From positions 1 through 61,552 of the IMG/VR virus record IMGVR_UViG_3300029258_003188: 61,552 bases of DNA; one strand, 5' to 3'. Positions within the stretch are counted from its first letter, which is position 1. Each line of letters begins with the position of its first letter. The notes beneath the pieces were generated by a model that was given only the letters and a program-made list of their open reading frames with translations, searched no databases and was not told where the DNA came from. A program made the position numbers and the translations under genes. The DNA comes from a virus (Duplodnaviria; Caudoviricetes). Shown here piece by piece: positions 39,885 through 46,883 of the stretch.

Positions 39885-40136
39885 GTGACCAAGGTAAAAA
39901 TATCTGATTTAAGGAGAGAGATGATTGAAGGTGTCTTTAAATGTCCTAAATGCGGGAGAGAGATTTCTGAGGAAAACGAGCTACTAGTTAGTGGAATCCA
40001 CGAAGTATGGGTCTCGGCCACGCTTAGTGAATCCGGAGTTTATTCAGTATCTGAACCAGCTGTTTATTCAGACGATTACGGAGTACACGACGAACCCGAA
40101 GAAGTGGTGGTGCAAGGATGTAATGAGTGTGTTTAA
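39885..40136 (+). CDS. Zinc-ribbon protein
   Basis: CPKC..CNEC; AAAGGAG RBS. Confidence 0.65.
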   Translation: MTKVKISDLRREMIEGVFKCPKCGREISEENELLVSGIHEVWVSATLSESGVYSVSEPAVYSDDYGVHDEPEEVVVQGCNECV

Positions 40137-40197
40137 CTTAAGATAATTTGAATTGAGACAAGGAAGTAATACCAAGAAATAAGGAAAGGAGAACAAA

Positions 40198-40452
40198 ATG
40201 TACAGGGTAGTAAAAACAGACGAAAAGGTTATATGGGGGAAGAAGGAGGATGTTGATTGTGTTGTTGTTAGCCCAGCCATTACCCTTGCTGACGAGTTTG
40301 GGGGGAGAGCCCAGATCATTGTTGACGATCAGTGCTACGTTCTTCTTCTCAAGCAACATCAGGCGGAGAATTACAACCACACCGCTTGGTGGTTCAAGGA
40401 GGCAGTTGAGGCAATTAGGGGATTGGAAACCATCTCTCTAACCAGTCAATAG
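40198..40452 (+). CDS. Hypothetical protein
   Basis: AAAGGAG RBS; terminator downstream. Confidence 0.65.
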   Translation: MYRVVKTDEKVIWGKKEDVDCVVVSPAITLADEFGGRAQIIVDDQCYVLLLKQHQAENYNHTAWWFKEAVEAIRGLETISLTSQ

Positions 40453-40476
40453 ACTGTGGGAATTAAGCTGCCTTTA

Positions 40477-40508
40477 TAAGGAGTAGCTTCTACTACTCCT
40501 TTTTTTTT
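40477..40508 (+). terminator. Intrinsic terminator
   Basis: AAGGAGTAG-cttcta-CTACTCCTT plus T-run. Confidence 0.8.
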
Positions 40509-40548
40509 AGCTTATCTTATGCTAAGATTAAAAGGGAGAATTGTATCT

Positions 40549-40959
40549 ATGACTAGAACCCAAGCAGTTAATCGTTTAAGAGAATTTATTAGGGATAAGA
40601 AGGAGTTAAACCGTCTTCTTCAAAATGACTATGAGAATGACCCTAGTCAACTACAGCTGGCTTTGGATATGGCTGTAGATGATTTTAACACAACCCCACC
40701 TAGCATAGGAGGTTGTTCCTTAGAGTCATTTCCTAGTGACTATCTACTTATTATAGGGGCTACAATCTCCCTTCTAGAATCAGCGGGAGTACTTCAGTCC
40801 AGGAATAGATTAAACTATGCTGATGGTGGATTAGCTATCTCAGTATCAGATAAAGCTGAGGAGTATTCCAACTGGCTGAAAATGTTCATAAACGATTATG
40901 AAAATAAGAAGATTAGATATAAACAGTCACAAAACCTAGAATCTTGTTGGAGTATATAA
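40549..40959 (+). CDS. Probable head-tail adaptor (neck) protein
   Basis: Helical, about 136 aa, with the NYADGGLAIS beta-hairpin pattern; start at MTRTQ (GGGAG RBS). Confidence 0.6.
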   Translation: MTRTQAVNRLREFIRDKKELNRLLQNDYENDPSQLQLALDMAVDDFNTTPPSIGGCSLESFPSDYLLIIGATISLLESAGVLQSRNRLNYADGGLAISVSDKAEEYSNWLKMFINDYENKKIRYKQSQNLESCWSI

Positions 40960-42014
40960 TGAATCGAAGCAGAATCTATAAAATAGCTGAAAACATTCTA
41001 CTAGAAAACCCTCAAGCTTCTAAGGCCGATGCCACTATCAAGCAAAACCAGGAAACTGGGGGAATGATTAAGAAGTATAGAATAGGTGGGGCCTTGAACA
41101 TCTATGATGAGAAGTTTGGTGATGTTCCTAGTAATGCTTATGATTATAGGGCTGCTTCCAGGGTAGCTGAAGCTAAAGCTATCTTGCAGCCAGACGGTCA
41201 AACTGGAGAGAGGATTAAATCTAATTTCAAGGGATTAGTCGATATGTTTGATCTTACTAAGAATCCAACAGCTGATCCTAGAAAGCATCAAAAGATAAAT
41301 GAAGCTATAAACGCACTCAAGGAGTACAACTTGACTAAAGGTGCTTCTACAAATGATACTAGAAGTAAAAAGGAAAAGCGCAGCGACAGACTAGAAACTG
41401 CCGTTGGAGTAGCCGGGTTACTCGGTTTAGCTGGATTAGGCATCTTTGGTGCTAGGAAGTACCATAAGTTCCTCCGCCAAGCTAGCAAACGTGAGCAGCA
41501 GTGGGGGCAGGCTTATGAGGAACGTAGTCGAAAAGCGAAGGAAGAGTGGAGAAGAAGGACGCAGGAGTGGGAACGGGAACGAGCACACAGAAGAGCGCAA
41601 CAAGAAAGCCGCGGAAGAGCACAGGAAGAAAGCGATAGAAAATTTTGGGAAGACCTGGGTTCGTGGTCTAGAGGCGAGAGTTACACTGGAGGCGGGAGTT
41701 ATACTGGAGGCGGGAGTGAATCCCACAAAGCCTGGGAGGACTGGTGGAGATCAGCGAAGGATGTTGCTGGTTCAGAAAAAGCTAAAAAGACAGTAGGATT
41801 TGATCCAGAGCAGTTTACTAGAGAAGAAATCAAAAGAAGAAAGCGTGATTTAATGAAACGTTATCATCCAGACTGGAATCCTAATGTCGACCCCAACAAG
41901 ATGAAAGATATAAATGCTGCCTGGGATGTTTTAAGACGCACTGGAATGACTAAAGGTGCTTCTACTTCTGATAAAATCTATTATAGAGCTTATTCGTTGC
42001 TAACTAAAAAATAA
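40959..42014 (+). CDS. Multi-module protein with transmembrane helix and C-terminal J-domain
   Basis: AVGVAGLLGLAGLGIFGA TM segment; EIKRRKRDLMKRYHPD...MKDINAAWDVL J-domain; RIYKIA tag at the N-terminus; start 40959 overlaps the upstream stop. Confidence 0.8.
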   Translation: MNRSRIYKIAENILLENPQASKADATIKQNQETGGMIKKYRIGGALNIYDEKFGDVPSNAYDYRAASRVAEAKAILQPDGQTGERIKSNFKGLVDMFDLTKNPTADPRKHQKINEAINALKEYNLTKGASTNDTRSKKEKRSDRLETAVGVAGLLGLAGLGIFGARKYHKFLRQASKREQQWGQAYEERSRKAKEEWRRRTQEWERERAHRRAQQESRGRAQEESDRKFWEDLGSWSRGESYTGGGSYTGGGSESHKAWEDWWRSAKDVAGSEKAKKTVGFDPEQFTREEIKRRKRDLMKRYHPDWNPNVDPNKMKDINAAWDVLRRTGMTKGASTSDKIYYRAYSLLTKK

Positions 42015-42016
42015 AT

Positions 42017-42799
42017 ATGGATAAAATAGCTAGAGAAAACATTTTAAAAAAAATAGCAAAAACACGATGGATAAGAGAGATTTCAAAGTTGTCTCCAAAA
42101 AATCAAAAACGATTAATTGTTAATCTAACTGGAAGATCGAGATTTTTGAAGGAGCTAGGCCGAGGAAGCGAAGGCTTTACTCAAGTGCAGGTAACTCCTA
42201 GACTTGGTTTTACTGTTAAAAAAAGATATTTTCCGCTTTCAAAATGGGTGGGTACTGTCCCAAAGAAAGAAGTCGCTTATAGAGATTTACCTATGGAATT
42301 AAAGCAGCATATAACGAAGCGTTATAAAACAAAATTTGGGGTAGTTCCATCAGAACTTAATGAATATGTAAAGGGAAGGCCATTGAAAGTTGAACAAACA
42401 TCTTTGCCAGTTATACGTTTAGGCGGGCAAGGATCATATACCCCAGCTACGTATGGTGGTCCAGATGCAAAGTTGTATGAAAGATTAACTAAAAAATTTG
42501 AAAAAACGAATATAGGTGATCTTGGCCCTCAGAATATTCTGGTCGCAGGTAAAAAGCCAAAGGTTATTGATTTTGTAAATAAGTCTATTCCTGCTTCATA
42601 CGAGCGTCTTGGAAGGGGTAGCATAAAAGGTCCAATAAGATCATTTCTACTTAATGGCCCTGCACCCCTAGTTAATAATATTTTATCAAGATGGGAAGCA
42701 ACTGGTAAATTCCCAAGAAAATTATTCTTAGAATCTATGAAGAAAAGTAAAGCATCTGGTGCTGAAGTTTTAGAAAAAACTCCAACAGGATTATTGTAG
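42017..42799 (+). CDS. Protein-kinase-like fold protein
   Basis: LGRGSEG Gly-loop, VKK, NEYVKG hinge, GDLGPQNIL catalytic loop, VIDF. Confidence 0.7.
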   Translation: MDKIARENILKKIAKTRWIREISKLSPKNQKRLIVNLTGRSRFLKELGRGSEGFTQVQVTPRLGFTVKKRYFPLSKWVGTVPKKEVAYRDLPMELKQHITKRYKTKFGVVPSELNEYVKGRPLKVEQTSLPVIRLGGQGSYTPATYGGPDAKLYERLTKKFEKTNIGDLGPQNILVAGKKPKVIDFVNKSIPASYERLGRGSIKGPIRSFLLNGPAPLVNNILSRWEATGKFPRKLFLESMKKSKASGAEVLEKTPTGLL

Positions 42800-42850
42800 T
42801 AGGCATAACTAAACCATGGTCCTTTTTGACTCATTACTAACTAAAAAATA

Positions 42851-43615
42851 ATGTTAGAAATTACAGATGTTGATGTCTTCCCTGACTTTGGTCACGATTA
42901 CAATATAATCAGCTGGGTGGTAGCTCCTACTACGCAGTCAATAGATAATTTCCGTCTAGACATACAAAGAGCTTACTCACCTGAGGACACATTTGTCACT
43001 ATAGGTCAAGGAACATCTGACACTATTACTTTTACTGATTCTGATGTTTATCTAAACGACAGATTCAGAAAATACTATTATAGGCTGCATGTCACCGACT
43101 TAACAACCCTAGAAGAACTAGATACAGACCCGTCTTACTCAAGCTATGAGTGGAATGCTTATTCTGCAGAAATAGCTAGGAGAGAGAACCTTCTACTAGA
43201 AACTTACATTAACTGTCCAGTTAAGTTTCTAGTCAGAAAGACTGAGGGTGAGTACTGTGATTGCTTCGATCCACTGAAACGAAGAGTTAAGACTAGCAGC
43301 TGCAGTGGATGTTATGGAACCGGCTTCCGTGGAGGTTTTTATAACCCTATTGATGGTTATATAGGATCCGTGCCTAAGACTGAAGCAATTAGAATAGTAG
43401 TTGGCTTAGAAATGACTTCCACCGATCCAGTATTTTGGACTAGTAACAGTTTGAAGCTATCACCAGATGACATTATAGTGGACACAAAGTCTAATGAAAG
43501 ATTCAGGGTGGTTAGAATAGAAACTACTTCAATGGAGGGTTACCCTCTCAGGCAAACTCTAGTTTGTCACCAAATTAAGCTTAGCGACATAGAGTACAGA
43601 ATTCCTACTACTTAA
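42851..43615 (+). CDS. Probable head-closure/neck protein
   Basis: Fn3-like N-terminus (YYYRL), CDC..CSGCYGTGF.GG, LSPDDIIV..RFRV. Confidence 0.55.
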   Translation: MLEITDVDVFPDFGHDYNIISWVVAPTTQSIDNFRLDIQRAYSPEDTFVTIGQGTSDTITFTDSDVYLNDRFRKYYYRLHVTDLTTLEELDTDPSYSSYEWNAYSAEIARRENLLLETYINCPVKFLVRKTEGEYCDCFDPLKRRVKTSSCSGCYGTGFRGGFYNPIDGYIGSVPKTEAIRIVVGLEMTSTDPVFWTSNSLKLSPDDIIVDTKSNERFRVVRIETTSMEGYPLRQTLVCHQIKLSDIEYRIPTT

Positions 43616-43850
43616 AAGTCTTTAGTATTTCGGATGCTTTATTATAGAGGTAATCTTCTTCAGCTTTCTTGGGCAGTTTAGCTCCGTTTTCCCTAGCTTT
43701 GTTATAAGCGATAGCACTAGCGATCTCTTGAGCATGACTAGTGCTTTTAGGGTTAGTGCTACCTATACTCCCTGAACGCTTATACTTTTCCATCATCTCT
43801 TTAATGTTCTTGCTAATTGTTTTCTTTGACTTACCTTCTTGCAGTGGCAC
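43608..43850 (-). CDS. Small basic phage protein
   Basis: MPLQEGKSKKTISKNIKE..AIAYNKAR pattern; C-terminal EDYLYNKASEIL tag variant. Confidence 0.7.
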   Translation of the reverse strand: MPLQEGKSKKTISKNIKEMMEKYKRSGSIGSTNPKSTSHAQEIASAIAYNKARENGAKLPKKAEEDYLYNKASEILKTFK

Positions 43851-43977
43851 TTATTCTTCTCCTTTAGTATCCTATTACTATGAGTAGTATAACATTAACT
43901 AGTGTTTCGATCAATGATTTTTCTGGTATAAGCAATTTGTCTTCTCAAGGATTTTTATAGTGAAAGGAGAAAGGTAG

Positions 43978-44310
43978 ATGTCAGATGATTTAAAGAGGTA
44001 TGCCGGGGGTTGTATTATTCGCATGATAAAAGACGGAAAATCTCCAGATGAGATTGATCCAGATGAGATTAACAAGATTCTCAAAGGTAAATTTTCTAAA
44101 ACTATTGCCGATCATGAAATCGCAGAAATTGTAGCTGATATAGCATCTAGGTCTGAATCCAGTCATAAACCGAAACAAGTAAGTGGAGGAGGAAGTAAAG
44201 TAAGCCCAATTGAAAAGTTGGCTAAGTACCTTAAAGATAAAGGGTATGATGCCGTTATTGTATATAGTAGCGGAAAGGCTAATTTTTGGGTTAAACCTAA
44301 CAAGGACTAG
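43978..44310 (+). CDS. Hypothetical protein, first gene of the operon ending in the ncRNA array
   Basis: TGGTATAAG at 43924; AAAGGAG RBS. Confidence 0.7.
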   Translation: MSDDLKRYAGGCIIRMIKDGKSPDEIDPDEINKILKGKFSKTIADHEIAEIVADIASRSESSHKPKQVSGGGSKVSPIEKLAKYLKDKGYDAVIVYSSGKANFWVKPNKD

Positions 44311-44313
44311 ATA

Positions 44314-44709
44314 ATGTTTGATGACCCAAAGGCTGTCTTAGAAATAAGTAAAGACAGTGTCAATATCTACAAGGGCACTGAAGGTACCATCGTAGGAAAT
44401 AGTTCCATTCTTTTTCTAGACAAGCGAGAAGCTAAAATTAAAGGTAAGCTAGTAAAGCTCTCGGAAAATGATTATCAATACCTAGTTAACAATCGACTAG
44501 ACGATGAGGAACTAGAACTAACTAAGATAATCAAAAGGATAGAAACAGTGTGGAACAGAGTAGGAGACTTAATCAAAGTCCCTACGAGCGCAAGGCAGCT
44601 AGTTCCTGTGTTAGAAAGGCACGGTTTACTAGCTAATACTAAAACCTCAGGAAATGAGGCATTTGTAGGATATGAGAAAGTAGTGAAATTTCTTAGAATG
44701 AACGAGTGA
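44314..44709 (+). CDS. Hypothetical protein
   Basis: Operonic ORF. Confidence 0.65.
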   Translation: MFDDPKAVLEISKDSVNIYKGTEGTIVGNSSILFLDKREAKIKGKLVKLSENDYQYLVNNRLDDEELELTKIIKRIETVWNRVGDLIKVPTSARQLVPVLERHGLLANTKTSGNEAFVGYEKVVKFLRMNE

Positions 44710-44718
44710 GGTAAGCAT

Positions 44719-44928
44719 ATGATCAAATTGTACCTCGGTTTCTTAGAGGGTCAGGACGGTTATGGGTACCCGCACATAATTGTGTATGATCATAAAGCTG
44801 ATGAGTCATACAACTATGTCGGGAAAACGTTACCATTTGCAGATGTATTCAGGGCGATGCTCGCTAGGGAAGAAGAAGACATGAGAGGATTCCTAGCAAG
44901 ACTAATCGAGGAGGAAAGGAAAAGATGA
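44719..44928 (+). CDS. Hypothetical protein
   Basis: GAGG RBS; operonic. Confidence 0.65.
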   Translation: MIKLYLGFLEGQDGYGYPHIIVYDHKADESYNYVGKTLPFADVFRAMLAREEEDMRGFLARLIEEERKR

Positions 44929-45188
44929 AAGAATGGTTAACAAACACGGTTAAGCAGTTAGTAGGTGAAGAAAATGCTAAGCTAGTGGTAGTTGAAGAGT
45001 TAGAAGGGAAGGAAATGTCAGTTATATTTGTCAGGGGACCTAGGGAAGTCCTAGGAATCGTTATTGGCAAAGGAGGCAGAACAGCTGGAGCCATCAGAAC
45101 TATTCTTAATATTGCCTCTAGGCAGAGCGGTAAAAGATATATGCTAAATATTAGCCATAACACGGATACTAACGTTAAGGAAGAGTAA
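44925..45188 (+). CDS. khpA: KH-domain RNA-binding protein (KhpA/YlqC-like)
   Basis: MKEWL..VKQLV...LGIVIGKGGRTAGAIRTIL with GxxG loop. Confidence 0.9.
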   Translation: MKEWLTNTVKQLVGEENAKLVVVEELEGKEMSVIFVRGPREVLGIVIGKGGRTAGAIRTILNIASRQSGKRYMLNISHNTDTNVKEE

Positions 45189-45193
45189 TCCAC

Positions 45194-45358
45194 CAAAGCT
45201 TGCAGAAAGCTAGTTTATCCCTAGCAGATCTAAGAAAGTAGAAGGTGTAATGATGCTTCTTTTCTGGGACCTGCCCTGGCGGCTAACGGGCCAACCGGCT
45301 CCGCGCCGCCGCCAGGCGCTGAGCCCAGAAAACGCACATTAATCAGTTAGAAGCTTTG
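45194..45358 (+). ncRNA. Retron-like ncRNA unit 1
   Basis: CAAAGCTT/AAGCTTTG inverted repeat; G45202; GCTAG/CTAGC hairpin; long stem TTTTCTGGG..CCTGGCGGC/GCCGCCAGG..CCCAGAAAA. Confidence 0.8.
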
Positions 45359-45394
45359 CAACTTAGCGTTTAGTTGGTTATATTCTAATTATTT

Positions 45395-45600
45395 ATCAAA
45401 GCTTGCAATAAGCTTACGAATAGTAAGCAGAAATAAGAAAAACCAACATATAACTGATGAGCAAACCGTTCAAACCAGGTTAGACTTCACCTCGGGAACT
45501 CAGTCGGAGATGTCCTTAAGAACATCTCCAGACGGGAGTTCCTCGTGAAGAACCACCTGGTGAACGCCTTTGCCCACAGCTATTAGTAAGAAGCTTTGAT
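45395..45600 (+). ncRNA. Retron-like ncRNA unit 2
   Basis: ATCAAAGCTT/AAGCTTTGAT; G45405; GCTTAC/GTAAGC hairpin; long bulged stem (CGTTCA, CCAGGT, CTTCAC, GGAACTC, GGAGATGT and their complements). Confidence 0.8.
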
Positions 45601-45621
45601 TCACAATGTAATTTATAATTA

Positions 45622-45774
45622 CTATAAAAGCTTGCGTAATCCAGTTCAGAAATGGACAGAAGTAAATAAAACTCGAGTAAGAAGACCATAGTTATATACG
45701 CCAAAGGACAGTTTTACAACGTCCAACGGCGTATAAACTAATGTTCTTCTTAGTTCAGATAGAAGCTTTTATAG
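45622..45774 (+). ncRNA. Retron-like ncRNA unit 3
   Basis: CTATAAAAGCTT/AAGCTTTTATAG; G45634; TCCA/TGGA hairpin; stem TAAGAAGA..TATACGCC..GGAC/GTCC..GGCGTATA..TCTTCTTA. Confidence 0.8.
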
Positions 45775-45782
45775 GGTAGATA

Positions 45783-46003
45783 AAATAAAGCTTGCAAAAA
45801 GCCAGAAATACTGGCAGAAAAGAAACAAATAGGCAAGAGGTGCCTAAACACTAGATGACCTGACGACGTCAGCTGGCGAGGCTCCCTACTCAGATTTTTA
45901 GTCCAGGGACAAATCCTCTGGACATAAAAACAGAGACTAGAGCCTACGCCCTGCTGACCCGCAGCTCATCTGAGCCACCTCAACCCAGATAGAAGCTTTA
46001 TTT
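45783..46003 (+). ncRNA. Retron-like ncRNA unit 4
   Basis: AAATAAAGCTT/AAGCTTTATTT; G45794; GCCAG/CTGGC hairpin; long stem GAGGTG, AGATGA, GTCAGC, AGGCTC, TTTTTA, GTCCAG and their complements. Confidence 0.8.
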
Positions 46004-46016
46004 CTAAAGACATCAC

Positions 46017-46147
46017 TTCATAGCTTGCATTTACTTAGATTACTAAGTGAAAAGAAAGTACTACACGATAGCAGGAAGGCAGGCAAGGAGAGACACTGTT
46101 CACCTCCCTTACCTGCCTTCCAGATATGCCTAGATAGAAGCTATGAA
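46017..46147 (+). ncRNA. Retron-like ncRNA unit 5
   Basis: TTCATAGCTT/AAGCTATGAA (compensatory change); G46027; ACTTAG/CTAAGT hairpin; GGAAGGCAGG/CCTGCCTTCC stem. Confidence 0.8.
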
Positions 46148-46155
46148 TCACTGTT

Positions 46156-46295
46156 TAAATGGTTTGCTTTTTCCTAGAAAACTAGGGGGTGTAAAACAAA
46201 CAGCTACACTTGAAATGATGAAGCCCAACCCTTGCACCGACGCCGGTTACAGGGTTGGGCTACAATTCCATTTCAAAACAGATAGAAACCATTTA
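46156..46295 (+). ncRNA. Retron-like ncRNA unit 6
   Basis: TAAATGGTTT/AAACCATTTA (covaried); G46166; CCTAG/CTAGG hairpin; TGAAATG..AGCCCAACCCT/AGGGTTGGGCT..CATTTCA. Confidence 0.8.
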
Positions 46296-46296
46296 G

Positions 46297-46324
46297 GAGG
46301 GTAGTACATATACCCTCTTTTTTT
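46297..46324 (+). terminator. Intrinsic terminator closing the ncRNA array
   Basis: GAGGGTA-gtacata-TACCCTC plus T7. Confidence 0.85.
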
Positions 46325-46351
46325 GACAAATTTTACACTTTATTGTAATCT
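46323..46351 (+). promoter_or_regulatory. Sigma70-type promoter, probably giving a leaderless mRNA
   Basis: TTGACA-17-TAATCT; ATG 7 nt downstream with no RBS. Confidence 0.5.
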
Positions 46352-46357
46352 TTTAAT

Positions 46358-46807
46358 ATGGATCCAGACAATATAGCTGCAGACTCTGTCAAGGACAGAA
46401 TTCTGCACAAGGTGGCAGAACAACTTTTAGTAGAGCTAAAACATCAGCTATACTTGACTAATCTCAATAATAAGGATAAAATATATGAATCCTTTTCCGT
46501 CGATGTCAATAGCCCCGCTGGGAAAATAAACGTTAGTAGCAGCTTCAAACCTGTTAAGTACTTAAATTCTGGTACAAAGCCTCATACTCTGATGGCATTA
46601 ATTGGCAGGACAGTACCAATAAAAACACCCGCTGGTGTGCTTTTTAGAACAGTAACCTGGGAACAAATAATAACTGGAAAATGGTTCCACTCAGGGATAA
46701 AAGGAAAGCATTTTATAGATGTAGCCATAGAAAACACTAAGAAGGATGTTCCTAGAATTATAAAAGAAGAGATGAGGAGATTCAATGAAGAAACTTCCGC
46801 AAGATGA
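46358..46807 (+). CDS. Virion morphogenesis protein (HK97 gp10-like)
   Basis: YLNSGTKPH and HSGIKGKHFI..A motifs. Confidence 0.6.
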   Translation: MDPDNIAADSVKDRILHKVAEQLLVELKHQLYLTNLNNKDKIYESFSVDVNSPAGKINVSSSFKPVKYLNSGTKPHTLMALIGRTVPIKTPAGVLFRTVTWEQIITGKWFHSGIKGKHFIDVAIENTKKDVPRIIKEEMRRFNEETSAR

Positions 46808-46883
46808 GATAACCATCGCTAAAAAACTAAAAAATCTAGTCAAGAAGAAACTCAAAAGCTTGAAAGATCAAGAAAAAGATTAA

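Noticed and set aside
45516-45704. 62-aa minus-strand ORF within the array
   Set aside because: No RBS, crosses unit boundaries, and the region is explained by RNA structure.
45194-46295. CRISPR array
   Set aside because: No identical direct repeats; units are 131-221 nt and self-complementary with covarying ends; the only Cas-like gene is a solo Cas4-like nuclease.
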